NCBI GenBank assembly: GCA_910584825.1
Contig: CAJUCI010000005.1
Location: 53,055-117,054 of the forward strand
Origin: an uncultured Duncaniella sp.
GTDB lineage: Bacteria > Bacteroidota > Bacteroidia > Bacteroidales > Muribaculaceae
Length of the DNA stretch: 64,000 nt
Direction: 5' to 3'
Positions 1 to 14,200 of this stretch are shown here, piece by piece. The notes under the pieces were generated by a model, which saw only the letters and a list, made by a program, of their open reading frames with translations, ran no database searches and had not been told where the DNA came from. The translations under genes and the position numbers were made by a program. Numbering within the stretch: the stretch's first letter is position 1; every line of letters starts with the position of its first letter.

Positions 1-2208
1 TATGCGGTTTTTGGCACGACGCAACACCTCGCCGATAGGACGGATGCGGCCGTTGCTGTCGGTCGAGAAAAGTTCATCGCCGAGTCCGGCAGTGAGTATG
101 CCGTTGCGGGAGATATATACTGGGCGTGTGGCCGATATGCCGCCGATGATGCCGCCGGCGTCGGATAGGGCGAGCATCTCCAGGCCGGAATACTCGTCAC
201 CGTCCCAGTGGACAAACGAGCATGTTGCTCCGTAGTAGAACGGTGCGCGGCGCAGATACAGATTGTTGAGGTCGCTGAGTCCGAGCAGACCCTCGCCACC
301 CATCGAGGTGATGGATGAGTGGCCTACGTAGTTCCACCACACGGTGCCGTCATTGAGCAGGTTCATGAACTTGTCACGCGACACCTTTACCACACCGCCT
401 ATCTTGTCGTAGGTATCGACATACACCTTTTGGTATGTCATGTCGCGGCCTCGCGAGAATGAGCGGAACTTGCGCTCCATATCCTCGGTCTGCTCCATGT
501 GCACATTGTCATTACCGTCATCGGCCACGAGCATTATGCGGTTGCGCCACTGTCCGGCCTGGGGAGCTGTGCAGTAGCTCACGAGACGGTCAACGAACAC
601 TTTGGCCTCGTCGGCTGTGTGGGCCGGGATGCGGCCTACGGCTATCTTCATCTCGTCGGCGGCCATATTGGTGCCCGAGTTGTCGGCAAGAAGGCCGAGG
701 AAATCATCGGTGCTGAATGATGAGTTTTCGTTTGACCCGTTGTCGGTCTGCCATATGGGCACGGTGGCCTGGGTGCTACGTTGCCACAGCGGGGTTATGC
801 GGCGGTGGTCATAGTTGGCACTGCCGAGCAGTAGCACGTATTGCAGACGATGGCCCGAAGCGTCGGTGCCTCGGTCATGGAACAGTTTGAGCATGCGTCG
901 CATGCCGTTGATGTCGGGCGTGCCGCTGCTGAATTCGTTATATATCTGCTCGGGGGTGAGGGTGAGCACGCGCAATGAGTCGACGGTCTCGCTGTGCAGA
1001 CGGGCTATGCGCTCGGCCTGTTGGCGGAGTGTGGGATAGGTGATAATCACCATGTCGGGCGTCGGCTCGGCATGGATGTCCTGTGCCTTGACCACACCGG
1101 CCACTTTGGGTGTGAGGAATGTGGCGTTTTCGTTCCAGGCGGCATAGATGCACCGTCCGTAATATTCGTTAGTCCACGCCATGCCTGACTCGGCAGGGGT
1201 GAGACGCATTCTGATTATGTTTAGCGGGTCGGTCACGTCCCATACGCGGGTATTCTCACCGGCTCCGCCGAGGCTGACCGATGTAGCCCCGGAGTGAAAC
1301 TCAAGCCGGTTATTGGCCGGGAGAGCTATGCTGCGGGTGTAGTTGACGGTGAGACGGTCGAGGTGGGAGAGCGACACGGTGCCGATGTTGGAGGCCGTGA
1401 TGCCTATGCTCACCTGCTGGTCGGAGGGGGTGAAATCCTCATACATTACCGCCGTCTCGCCCCAGTCCTGAGTGCCGGGCACACGGTCGGCGGTTGACGC
1501 GCCGGATGTTTTGCCGTCAATCGAGAATGTCAGCTGGACTCCTCCGCTCGATTTTGCGAAAAATTCGCATCGCATTTTGGCTGTACTTCCTGACTCTATG
1601 CCCGGGAGGCTGAAGGTGAATTTGCGTGTGGGGGTGAATCGGAAGTCCTCGCCCACAATCAGATGTCCGCTCTGAGCCGGGCTTAGTGACTCGCTCTCAT
1701 GCTGGACAGTCTCGGTGAATGTCGTAAAGGGGAAGCCGGTCGGGGCTAATCCCTCCACGGCAATCTCGCGCTCGTCGGCCTCGACATCGCTGATGAAATA
1801 GTAGCCGAGCGAGCTGTAGGGGTTGGGCGTGAAATAGCTGATGCCGTTTGATGCATCATATTGGCGTGTGTTCGGCCCTTCGGCATAAAAAACGAGTCCG
1901 CGCGAAGTGGTCTCGCTTTGCACCTGGGGGAGGTCGTCGACATATCCGTCGAGTGACAGCCGGTCGGCTATCCGCTTGCCTCCGTAGCCGTAGACGCGGA
2001 CTTTGGCGGGATTGTCAAATCCCCATGCGCGCAATTCCGACAGGCTTATCATGTGCAAGCCGGTCTGGGCCACGCTCAGTTTCACCCACCGTCCGCGGCT
2101 CAGGCGCGACGATGAGGCATAGGTGTCGACAGGGAATGCCTGTGCGATGCCTGTGCCGAGCAGTGAGATGAGCAGAGGGAGTATATATCGTAGATGCAGT
2201 GCTTTCAT
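1..2208 (-). CDS. porU: Type IX secretion system sortase PorU (peptidase C25 family), 3'-truncated by the window edge
   Basis: Not in the ORF track because it has no stop inside the window. Manual translation from ATG at 2208 gives MKALHLRYILPLLISLLGTGIAQA...SSSRLSRGRWVKLSVAQTGLHMI...VYGYGG...QIYNEFSSGTPD...AVGRIP...WRNRIMLVADDG...WWNYVGH...GATCSF, with the C25 catalytic His/Cys motifs. Frame checked at both ends. Confidence 0.93.
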   Translation of the reverse strand, partial: MKALHLRYILPLLISLLGTGIAQAFPVDTYASSSRLSRGRWVKLSVAQTGLHMISLSELRAWGFDNPAKVRVYGYGGKRIADRLSLDGYVDDLPQVQSETTSRGLVFYAEGPNTRQYDASNGISYFTPNPYSSLGYYFISDVEADEREIAVEGLAPTGFPFTTFTETVQHESESLSPAQSGHLIVGEDFRFTPTRKFTFSLPGIESGSTAKMRCEFFAKSSGGVQLTFSIDGKTSGASTADRVPGTQDWGETAVMYEDFTPSDQQVSIGITASNIGTVSLSHLDRLTVNYTRSIALPANNRLEFHSGATSVSLGGAGENTRVWDVTDPLNIIRMRLTPAESGMAWTNEYYGRCIYAAWNENATFLTPKVAGVVKAQDIHAEPTPDMVIITYPTLRQQAERIARLHSETVDSLRVLTLTPEQIYNEFSSGTPDINGMRRMLKLFHDRGTDASGHRLQYVLLLGSANYDHRRITPLWQRSTQATVPIWQTDNGSNENSSFSTDDFLGLLADNSGTNMAADEMKIAVGRIPAHTADEAKVFVDRLVSYCTAPQAGQWRNRIMLVADDGNDNVHMEQTEDMERKFRSFSRGRDMTYQKVYVDTYDKIGGVVKVSRDKFMNLLNDGTVWWNYVGHSSITSMGGEGLLGLSDLNNLYLRRAPFYYGATCSFVHWDGDEYSGLEMLALSDAGGIIGGISATRPVYISRNGILTAGLGDELFSTDSNGRIRPIGEVLRRAKNRI

Positions 2209-2222
2209 AATTATGCACTTAC

Positions 2223-2954
2223 TTAACGCGGATTCACGGCTTTTATTGTGTCGGTCGATGCCGCGCCGGAGGCAAAGGCGGCCCAGTCGTCGCGCGACGA
2301 GGTGTAGACGTTGATGTCCACGTCATGGTCAACCCCGTTGACGCGTCCGTGGTGTGTGGCCTGCCATATGTCACACTCGATACCGTCGGGGGGCGTGCCG
2401 AGCGAGCATAGCCATAGCGGATAGGTGGCGAGACGGCCGCTGATGAAGCGTGCGTGACCCTTCTTGTTGGTGTAGAGCATCACGCGATAGCCCCGGCTCT
2501 CGAGATGGTCGGCCATCTCGATGACGCGGCTCGTGACGAGTCGGGTGGTCTGGAGGTTGGGGTTGGTGAACTCCTCGATGTCAATTATCGCCGGCAGGTC
2601 GAGATTGCGTCCGTGGATTGAGTTGACGAAATTTAGCCCCTGCAGATAGCCGGGGGTGTCGAAGCGGAAGAAGTGGTAGGCTCCTACCTTTAGCCCGGCC
2701 TTGCGGGCCTTGCGGACGTTGTCGACAAACTTGCGGTCCTTGAACGTGCCCCCCTCCGAGGCCTTGATGATGACAAACTCTATCCCCTCGGCCTTCACCT
2801 TGTCAAAATCGATGTCGCCGTTGTGTGCGCTCACATCTATACCCACAATCTCATGCCCCTTGAATCCTGGCACGGTGTGCGGTGCCTGGCCCCGATGGGA
2901 ACAGGCGGCGACAGCGAGTGCCATGATGAGGGTGAGTATGAGCAGGCGCAGCAT
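2223..2954 (-). CDS. GH25 lysozyme/muramidase, lipoprotein-like signal
   Basis: GIDVSAHNGDIDFDKVK...FVIIKASEG...GAYHFF...IIDIE...DIN motifs; LAVAAC lipobox. Confidence 0.9.
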   Translation of the reverse strand: MLRLLILTLIMALAVAACSHRGQAPHTVPGFKGHEIVGIDVSAHNGDIDFDKVKAEGIEFVIIKASEGGTFKDRKFVDNVRKARKAGLKVGAYHFFRFDTPGYLQGLNFVNSIHGRNLDLPAIIDIEEFTNPNLQTTRLVTSRVIEMADHLESRGYRVMLYTNKKGHARFISGRLATYPLWLCSLGTPPDGIECDIWQATHHGRVNGVDHDVDINVYTSSRDDWAAFASGAASTDTIKAVNPR

Positions 2955-3034
2955 ATAGGCGGGTTGTTGTATGGACTTCAGGGAATAGTCTTAATCAGTA
3001 AAATTCAGATGAAAAGAGGTGAGATTACATCATT

Positions 3035-3715
3035 TTAGTCTTCCTCGGACTGAGCCGGGCGGTTGACGATGTTGAACCGCGTGCCGTCATATCGGAAGTC
3101 TATCAGCCCCATTGCGTAGAGGCTTACGGCAAGCTCCTCGGCGGCGGCGCGAGAGGCGTGGGCCGTGAGCATGAACTCCTCGAGCGTAACGCCGGCACTG
3201 TTGTCGGTCGCCATCTCGAGCAGCTTGCGTCCCGGGCCTGACATCTCGATGACGGTGCCTTCCTCCTTCGATTCCGCGCGGGTCCAAGCCCGCACCAGCA
3301 GGTCGGGGGCGGCGATGTTCTCGTCGCGCACACGATAGTAGGCGCGGAGCTGTCCGCCCGACTCCTTGACATGTACAGGGCGGCGCGCGGCACGGTCAAT
3401 CTCAACGCGTATCACGGTGTGGCCGCCCTCGGTCTTGAAGGCTGTGATGCGCAGCTGCTGGGGCGGCACGCAGTACATCTCGGCGGCTTGCTCCACCACA
3501 TAGATGTCCTCCTCGTTGCGCACTCCGGCTATCGCGCCGTTGTCCTTCACGCCCACCAGCAGACGGCCTCCGTCATTGTTGGCAAACGCCGAGAGCGAGC
3601 GGGCAATCTTGCGGGCATCGGAGATGGCAAACTTGAAGTCCTGATGCTCGTGCTCCCCCTCTTCGATGAGCGAGGCGATATAGAATTTACCTTTTATTCC
3701 TTTTAGGTCTTTCAC
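3035..3715 (-). CDS. AlbA_2 (Schlafen-like) domain protein with probable C-terminal winged helix
   Basis: EGEHEHQDFK...SLSAFANNDGGRLLVGVKDNG...YYRVRDEN; GTG start. Confidence 0.85.
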   Translation of the reverse strand: MKDLKGIKGKFYIASLIEEGEHEHQDFKFAISDARKIARSLSAFANNDGGRLLVGVKDNGAIAGVRNEEDIYVVEQAAEMYCVPPQQLRITAFKTEGGHTVIRVEIDRAARRPVHVKESGGQLRAYYRVRDENIAAPDLLVRAWTRAESKEEGTVIEMSGPGRKLLEMATDNSAGVTLEEFMLTAHASRAAAEELAVSLYAMGLIDFRYDGTRFNIVNRPAQSEED

Positions 3716-3717
3716 AG

Positions 3718-4200
3718 TTACTGTGGATACTGGAGGTTGGCAGGGGTGATGCGGTCAAGCACTTCGTCGATGTAGACGCGTGCGGCCTTGCGGGCCTCGT
3801 CGAGGTCCATATATGAGTAGTTGCCGCAGTCGCGCGGGGTGGCTCCGGGTATCTCCCCCTCGAACGATGCGACAAATTCCATAGTCTCGCGCATGAGCGG
3901 GAGTATGTCTGCAGGGGTGAGCTCGCCCTGCATGAGCAGATAGTTGCCGGTGCAGCATCCCATCGGGCCCCAGTAGACTATGCGGTCGCGCCACTCGGGC
4001 TGATTGCGCAGATATGTGGCGGCGAGATGCTCCATAGCGTGGAGGGCACGCGGCGAGAGGGCAGGCTGACGGTTAGGCTCGGTCATGCGTATGTCAAACG
4101 TTGTGATGACGTCGCCCGAGGGGGTGACATCGTGCCGTGACACATAGATGCCGCGCAGCAGACGGTTATGGTCGATGGTGAAACTTGCTATCTTTTCCAC
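3718..4200 (-). CDS. luxS: S-ribosylhomocysteine lyase
   Basis: SFTIDH, FDIRM, HAMEH, GPMGCCTGNY, CGNY motifs. Confidence 0.97.
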   Translation of the reverse strand: MEKIASFTIDHNRLLRGIYVSRHDVTPSGDVITTFDIRMTEPNRQPALSPRALHAMEHLAATYLRNQPEWRDRIVYWGPMGCCTGNYLLMQGELTPADILPLMRETMEFVASFEGEIPGATPRDCGNYSYMDLDEARKAARVYIDEVLDRITPANLQYPQ

Positions 4201-4244
4201 GGTATATCGGATTGTGTTAGTTACAGTTACCTGCAGTGAGGTGT

Positions 4245-4913
4245 TTACAGTGAGGCTATGAGAGATTTTATGAGGCCGAACGACTGGCGCGGGGCATCCT
4301 CCCAGAAGTTTTCATACTGCTGCGAGTTGTCGTGGTGACACCACGGAGTGTCGCTGATGACCCTCATGCAGAAGAACGGCACCCCTCTCAGATGGCATGC
4401 CTGGGCTATGGCCGCGCTCTCCATGTCGATGGCGAGCACGTCGGGATAATGTTCGCGTATGCCGTCGACCTGCTCGCGCGAGGTGATGAACAGCTCGCCC
4501 GAGGCGATGAGTCCGCGCTTGACGTTGGGTGCGTCGACAGCCTCGGCATAGGGTAGGGCGGGGAAGATACGGGGGCATCCGGGCACGCGACCCCACTCCT
4601 CGCCGATACACCAGAAGTCATGATGAGCCACACCCGTGGCGACGATTGCATCCATCACACCCACATTCTCACCGGCTCCGGCGGCCACGCCGGTGTTGAT
4701 TACGAGGTCGGGGCTGAAGGTGTCGATGAGTGTTACGGCTCCGATGGCGGCGTTCACCTTGCCTATGCCGCACTCCATGAGCGCGACCTTGTGGCCGTTG
4801 ATGGTGCCGAGGTGAAATTCGGTGCCGCCCACGTTGCGGCTCTCTCTATTGTCCATGAGCGGGAGCAGGAGGTTAAGCTCCTTGGTCATGGCTACTATAA
4901 TTCCTATTGTCAT
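4245..4913 (-). CDS. mtnN: 5'-methylthioadenosine/S-adenosylhomocysteine nucleosidase
   Basis: True start MTIGIIVAM at 4913 (the track ORF is over-extended to 5462); CGIGKVNAA, INTGVA, DMESAAIAQ, RVISD motifs; adjacent to luxS. Confidence 0.95.
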   Translation of the reverse strand: MTIGIIVAMTKELNLLLPLMDNRESRNVGGTEFHLGTINGHKVALMECGIGKVNAAIGAVTLIDTFSPDLVINTGVAAGAGENVGVMDAIVATGVAHHDFWCIGEEWGRVPGCPRIFPALPYAEAVDAPNVKRGLIASGELFITSREQVDGIREHYPDVLAIDMESAAIAQACHLRGVPFFCMRVISDTPWCHHDNSQQYENFWEDAPRQSFGLIKSLIASL

Positions 4914-4945
4914 ATTTTCAGGTTGTTTATTTCGATAAAATGCTA

Positions 4946-5734
4946 TCACATTGCCTGTTGCGATTGCGCCTTTGGTGAAGGTGGCACGGTGAGGGCCGAG
5001 CCTTCCCACAGCAGATAGATGGGGAGGAATACTACGGAGAGAGTGAAGGGGTCGCCCGTCGGGGTAATGACAGCGGCGAATATCAGAAGTGCCACGATGG
5101 CATGGCGGCGATAGGTGTGGAAGAATCCGCGGCGCAGCAGGCCGATGCGCCCGAGCATCCAGGCCACGACGGGCAGCTCGAACACCACCCCCATCACGAG
5201 CACGAGCATCATGAAATTGTCGATATACGAGTCGAGAGAAATCTGATTGGGTATCAGCGCGCTCAACTGGTAGCCCGCAAGGAATCTGAGTGTGAGCGGG
5301 AACACGAGGAAATAGCCTGTGGCCACACCGAGATAAAACATCACATTGCCTCCGGCCAGCACGCCGCCCACTCCGCGCCTCTCGTGTTCGTAGAGGCCGG
5401 GTGCGACAAATCCCCATATCAGGTAAATGATTATGGGGAATGCCGTTATCACCGCAAGCCACAGCGAGGTGGTCATGTGGGTGAAGAACTGTGAGGCCAG
5501 CTGTATGTTGATTAGTGTAATCTCCTGCATGCCCCCCTCGGGCGAGCCGGTCAGGCGGTCAAAGAGAGTATAGAGCGGGAAGTCGGGGCGGCACGGGGCG
5601 AGAATCACCCGGTCGAAGAGCTGAGGCATCACGGCGAAGTAGATGCACATAAGCCCCACGACGACTCCGGCACCCTGGAGTATCACTTTGCGGAGTGCCT
5701 CGGCATGGTCCCAGAATCCGGCGGTCTCGTTCAA
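4946..5734 (-). CDS. tatC: Twin-arginine translocase subunit TatC
   Basis: FWDHAEALR, WGFVAPGLYEHE, FELP, AAVITPTGDP motifs. Confidence 0.95.
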   Translation of the reverse strand: MNETAGFWDHAEALRKVILQGAGVVVGLMCIYFAVMPQLFDRVILAPCRPDFPLYTLFDRLTGSPEGGMQEITLINIQLASQFFTHMTTSLWLAVITAFPIIIYLIWGFVAPGLYEHERRGVGGVLAGGNVMFYLGVATGYFLVFPLTLRFLAGYQLSALIPNQISLDSYIDNFMMLVLVMGVVFELPVVAWMLGRIGLLRRGFFHTYRRHAIVALLIFAAVITPTGDPFTLSVVFLPIYLLWEGSALTVPPSPKAQSQQAM

Positions 5735-5922
5735 TTTCCGTCCTTCTTGTCGGTGTTGTTGATTTCGTCAGACACCTCGTTAAGCCCCTGACGGAATGAG
5801 TTGACGCCACGGCCTATGCCGCGCGCGAGTTCGGGGATGCGCTTTGCGCCGAAGAGGAGCAGAATCACTATAAGTATGATTATTATCTCCCCTGTCCCGA
5901 GATTGAATATGCAAGGTATCAT
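5731..5922 (-). CDS. tatA: Twin-arginine translocase TatA/E
   Basis: LGTGEIIIILIVILLLFGAKRIPELARGIG; stop overlaps the tatC start. Confidence 0.93.
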   Translation of the reverse strand: MIPCIFNLGTGEIIIILIVILLLFGAKRIPELARGIGRGVNSFRQGLNEVSDEINNTDKKDGN

Positions 5923-5962
5923 GGCAATTCCGTTAATTTTTGCGGTATGTTATCTATCTACG

Positions 5963-5970
5963 CAAAATTA
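5963..5970 (-). promoter_or_regulatory. Bacteroidetes sigma-A -7 element (TAATTTTG) upstream of tatA
   Basis: Matches TAnnTTTG about 40 nt upstream of the tatA start. Confidence 0.55.
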
Positions 5971-6038
5971 GCGAAAATATTGCGGATATGCCTAATTTCA
6001 AATGCTAAAAAAGCGCAATCCCGGACTCGTGCGTGTCA

Positions 6039-9143
<3,105 letters not shown>

Positions 9144-9238
9144 TTACTTATAAATAGAGGTGTAAATATACAATTAAAGACGGATTGACCCGCCTTGACA
9201 CATGATTAAATAATGTTAAAACACCCCTTCTCTCCCTC

Positions 9239-9751
9239 TCACAGCTGGTTGGCGAAGATGAACAGCAGCGGATAGATATCCTTCAGCAGTTCGCGCATGC
9301 GGGTTTTGGCCCTCTGCCTTATCACCTTGACCGTGTTGAGGCTTATCCCAAGAGCCTCGGCAATCTCTTCGTTTTTCATCTTGTCGATGTAAGCCATGCG
9401 GAACACCTCGCGATAGCGTGGCGGCAGCGACTCGATGGCATCGCGTATCATGCGTATAATCTCGGCACGAACTATCTCATTGTCACAGCTTTCGGCCGTC
9501 GGGGTGTCGGCTGTGTCCACATCTTCCAGCCCCACGGAGCGGCCCTGTTTCTGCAGATGGCTGAGACAGCTGTTGCGCACCGCCGCGTAGATATACTGCC
9601 TGAAATGGAGCTCGGAATCAAACTGCATCTGCAACGAGATTGTCCTGACAAAGACCTCCTGTACAATGTCCTCGCACAGGTTCTCGTCGTGGACTATATT
9701 CATCGCGAAATAGCAAAGAGATTGATAATATTTTCGAAAATAAAGCTCCAT
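9239..9751 (-). CDS. ECF sigma-70 factor (Bacteroides expansion type)
   Basis: EDIVQEVF, AVRNSCL, LPPRYREVF, EIAEALGISLNTVK; start at ATG 9751 or upstream TTG 9799. Confidence 0.92.
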   Translation of the reverse strand: MELYFRKYYQSLCYFAMNIVHDENLCEDIVQEVFVRTISLQMQFDSELHFRQYIYAAVRNSCLSHLQKQGRSVGLEDVDTADTPTAESCDNEIVRAEIIRMIRDAIESLPPRYREVFRMAYIDKMKNEEIAEALGISLNTVKVIRQRAKTRMRELLKDIYPLLFIFANQL

Positions 9752-9919
9752 TAGGTAAAACCAACTGTCAAAAGTATAGAATATCTCGGTTATAGGCAAA
9801 TTTTTTTGTCAGATATTAGGTTTTGTATGTATTATTGCAAAGAAAAATTGCATTTTTTTGATTCTTTAGTAATACTTTTGGTTAATAAACATGTATTAGT
9901 ATATAGAAACGCAAATGCA

Positions 9920-11122
9920 ATGGAAGACCCAATTTTGTTATCAGACCGCTTGTTTGAGAGCCTGACGGGGAGTGACGTCCCTGCCGGGAATGACGACATC
10001 GCCGGTGTCCGTGATGAGCTTTCCCCTGAGCTGAAGGCTTTTGTGGACGATTTGCACAATCCTGACTATGTAGACAGTCAGATTGGGCAGATGGGGCGGT
10101 TTGATGTCGATGCGGCATGGCGTATGGTCAGCGGACAGGCCGGAGGCAACATCGCGCCCGCGCGTCGCACCCGCCGCCCGCTGTTGCGCGGATGGTTCAG
10201 ATGGATGTCGGTGGCAGCCGTCGTGGCGATACTGGCCGGAGTGGCCATGTACATGCGCGACAGCCATAATGCCACAATCCCCCCGGTGATAAGCGAGGAG
10301 ATAGCCCGCGCCATCGAACTGAGCGGGGAGCGCGGACTCACAGCCGCAGTGATTGAGAAGAAATCCTATCCCGTCAGGAGCGCGGTGCCAGCCGCAGCGT
10401 CAGGCTCCAAGGCTCAGGCTGAAACATCGTCACCCGCCGGAGCCGACAGCGAGGACGAAGTGGTGGCCGAGATGCTGAGTGCCACCAAGGTCACCACCTA
10501 TCATGACAAGGAGTTCTGGCTCACCCTCCCCGACGGCACCCTTGTGCACCTCGGAGCCAACACCCGCATAATCTACCCCGACCGCTTTGCAGGTGATTCT
10601 CGTGACGTATATCTCGAGGGCGAGGCCTACTTCATCGTGGCCAAGAACAAGGCGAGCCGGTTTGTGGTACACACCAAGGTGGCCACCACCACGGTCTACG
10701 GCACCGAGTTTGATGTCATAACCTCCGACGACGATGCCCTCTGCCGCGTGGTGCTCGTGCGTGGCAGCGTAGGGGTGGCCACACTCTCGGGTTGCGAACT
10801 CGAACTCAGCCCCGGGCAGGAGGCACGCATGACCGACGAAAGCATCACCGTCAGCGATGTCGACGTCACCCCCTACGAGGCTTGGAACACCGGGCGCATC
10901 GACTTCACCGACTGGCCCCTCGGCAAGGTGATGAGCGTCATCGGCAAATGGTATGGCCACAGCGTGAGATTTGACGACGAATCGCTCTCGCAGATACGCA
11001 TCTCGGGCAGCTTTAACCGTTACGAAACCCTCGGGCCTACGCTCGACGCCATATCCACCATCACGGGCCTCGACATAGGCCGTGACAGCGACCGGATAAC
11101 CATCAGGCAGCACATCCGTTAG
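9920..11122 (+). CDS. FecR-family anti-sigma factor
   Basis: TM segment, LTLPDGTLVHL, RDVYLEGEAYF, TVYGTEFDV, AWNTG; divergent from the ECF sigma gene. Confidence 0.92.
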   Translation: MEDPILLSDRLFESLTGSDVPAGNDDIAGVRDELSPELKAFVDDLHNPDYVDSQIGQMGRFDVDAAWRMVSGQAGGNIAPARRTRRPLLRGWFRWMSVAAVVAILAGVAMYMRDSHNATIPPVISEEIARAIELSGERGLTAAVIEKKSYPVRSAVPAAASGSKAQAETSSPAGADSEDEVVAEMLSATKVTTYHDKEFWLTLPDGTLVHLGANTRIIYPDRFAGDSRDVYLEGEAYFIVAKNKASRFVVHTKVATTTVYGTEFDVITSDDDALCRVVLVRGSVGVATLSGCELELSPGQEARMTDESITVSDVDVTPYEAWNTGRIDFTDWPLGKVMSVIGKWYGHSVRFDDESLSQIRISGSFNRYETLGPTLDAISTITGLDIGRDSDRITIRQHIR

Positions 11123-11202
11123 CCCGCCTGAACCCACAGCATGGAAAACAATCATTATCAAAATAAACCAATTCCAATCTTATCAACATTATCAAAGCAC
11201 GA

Positions 11203-14200
11203 ATGAGAAAGTTAATAGCATTAATGCTTAGCGTAGCAATATCGTTTTTCAGCTACGCGGCTATGGCTGCCTCGTCGCCCGACTCCGGCGTCACGCTCGA
11301 CTGCGTAAACCAGTCGGCCGACATGGTGCTGAAAGAAATCGAAAAACAGTCAGGGCTCAACATCGTCTACAAGAGCGAGACAGCTGCCAAATGGCCCAAA
11401 ATCACCCTGAAGATGAGCGCACCCGCCCGTCAGGTGATTGAGACAGTGGCCGCCCGCCTGGGTGAGCCTTACAAAATCAACGGCAATATCGTGACTATTG
11501 GCGAGGAGACCGCCCCCAAGGCCGCCGGCATAAACGGTGTGGTCATGGATGCGATGGGCGAGCCTCTGGCCGGCGCGTCGGTATGGCTCAAGGATTCACC
11601 CCGCACCGCCACCGCCACCGACCTCAACGGTATGTTCACCCTCCCCACCAAGGGTAAGAAGAACCCCACACTCGTGTTCTCGTTTATCGGAATGAAGCGC
11701 ACCGAGGCCACATGGAAGGGCAAACCCCTCACCATATATCTCGAGGATGACACCAACGTGCTCGACGACGTTGTGGTGACCGGCTATCAGGTCATCGACA
11801 AGCGCGCCTCCACAAGTGCCATCACCTCAATCAAGGCCGAGGACATCATCCGCCCCGATGCTCTCTCGATTGACCAGATGCTCGAGGGTCAGGTGCCCGA
11901 CCTTATGTATATGTCCAACTCAGGCGAGGCCGGTGTGGCTCCTAAAATCCGTATCCGCGGTACGTCGTCAATCATCGGCAACCGCGAGCCCCTCTGGGTA
12001 GTCGACGGTATCGTTGTCAACGACCCCGTAGAGATTTCGGCCGAGGACCTCAACGACCCCGACTACGTGAACCGTATCGGTAACGCCATCGCCGGACTCA
12101 ACCCCCAGGACATCGAGCGTCTCGACATCCTCAAGGATGCCTCGGCCACTGCGCTCTACGGCACCAAGGCTGCCAACGGCGTAATCGTCATCACCACCAA
12201 GCGCGGTAAGGAGGGCAAACCCACCATCCGCTACAATAACAACTTCACCTGGAAGCGTCGCCCGCGCTACACTGACAATTCCGTCGACGTAATGAGCTCG
12301 AAGGAGCGTATCCAGCTCTCACGTGAGCTTGCCGCCGACCACTATCAGTACAATAATCGTGCCTCGATGGTCGGATACGAAGGCCTCATTCAGAAACTCT
12401 ATATGGGTGAGATTACCGACGAGCAGTTCACTCAGCAGGTAAGCTATCTCGAGACCCTGAACACCGACTGGTTTGACCTCCTCACTCACGACAGCTTCTC
12501 GCAGCAGCACACCGCAAGCCTCAGCGGCGGCGGTGAGCGCGGCACCTACTATGCGTCGGTCGGCTTTGTCGACAATGACGATGTAGTCAAGGGCACCAAG
12601 AACAAGCGTTACAGTGCCGTTGTCAATCTTGATGTCAATTTCGCTCCCTGGCTTCAGGGTTCGTTTGGCGTGAAGGGCAATGTGTCTGACCGCGAATACT
12701 ACATGAACGCCATCGCCCCTGTCGAGTACGCCTATTCGACAAGCCGTGCCGTGCCCGCCTTTGATGAAAACGGCGAGTACTATTATTACGGCAAGTACAA
12801 GCGATTCAACCATCCTCACAACTACAACATCCTCAACGAGCTTGATAACAGCGGTCAGAAGCAGGACCAGTCATCCTACACATTCGATGCCAACCTCCGC
12901 TTCCGTTTCACCGACTGGCTCACGGCCAACGCCATCCTCTCCTACACCACCGCAAGCACCGACATCGAGGGCCTGTGGGGCGACAAGACCTGGAAAGCTG
13001 CCGAATGGCGCAACAGCGAGTACGGCGAGCGTCCCGGTGACAAGAGCGTAATGCCGCAGGGCGGTCAGATTAAGAAGAGCAACACACGCCAGCGCAGCTG
13101 GACTGCACGTTTCCAGATTGACTGGAACAAGTATTTCAACGACGAGATGCACAACTTCAGCGGCGGCATCGGTTTCGAGGCATCGCAGAACCGCTACAAG
13201 GGTTATTCACGCACTGACCGCGGCTATTACCCCGACCGTGGCATGAGTTTCGTCGAGAATATCGACCTCGACAACTATCCCGAATACAAGGCATGGATTG
13301 CAGGTAATGTCCCCTCGCTCCGCGACAGCAAGTCAAACGTTATCTCGGCTTACGCCACGGCAAGCTACAACTGGCGCAGACTTATCTTCCTCAATGCCAA
13401 TATGCGTATCGACGGCTCCAACAACTTCGGCGACCGCTCCAACGACAAGATTCTCCCTATCTGGTCGGTTTCGGCTTCGTTTGACGCCGCGCAGCTTGAC
13501 TTCTTCAAGCAGCAGACTTGGATTAACCAGCTGACCTTCAAGGGCAGCTACGGTTTCCAGGGCAATATGCTCTCTGACCAGTATCCTGTCATGATTATTC
13601 AGAAGAACCCGATGAACGACTATTTTGGCGAGTTCACCTCAAGCGTGACCAAGAATCCCAACCCCGACCTCAAGTGGGAGAAGACCAACAGTGTCAATCT
13701 CGGTTTCGTACTCAGCACGCTCAACAACCGTCTGCAGGTCGAGGGTGACTTCTACTGGAAGCGCACCAAGGATGCCTTCATGACCAAGAACATCTCTACC
13801 GTCAACGGCTATGAGTCATACATCGTCAACGGCGGTAACATCAAGAACACCGGCTACAGTATCAACATCACCGGCCGCCCCATTCAGACACATGACTGGC
13901 AGATGAGCGTCACGGGTTCGTTCTCACGTGTTATCAACTCTATCGAGACTCTTCCCGCCGGTGAGAGCTATAATCTCAGCGACTTCCTCAACGGTAGCGC
14001 AGTTGTCAAGGGTCAGCCCGTGGGTACATTCTACTCCTATCGCTTCATCGGTCTCAACCCGCTCGACGGCGGTCCTATGTTCGATGACGGTTATGACCAC
14101 CTTAAGGATTACGTCGGTCTCAACAAGTATGACACATATACCAATGTACTCGTGGCTTCAGGTTCACGCGAGCCTTATATGTCGGGTAGCTTTACCGCCA

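Noticed and set aside
1..2218. Apparent gene desert or pseudogene with many short ORFs
   Set aside because: A single uninterrupted minus-strand frame (porU) spans 1-2208. It is absent from the track only because its stop lies outside the window.
4914..5462. N-terminal extension making MtnN 405 aa
   Set aside because: It overlaps tatC in another frame. MtnN homology begins at MTIGIIVAM (4913).
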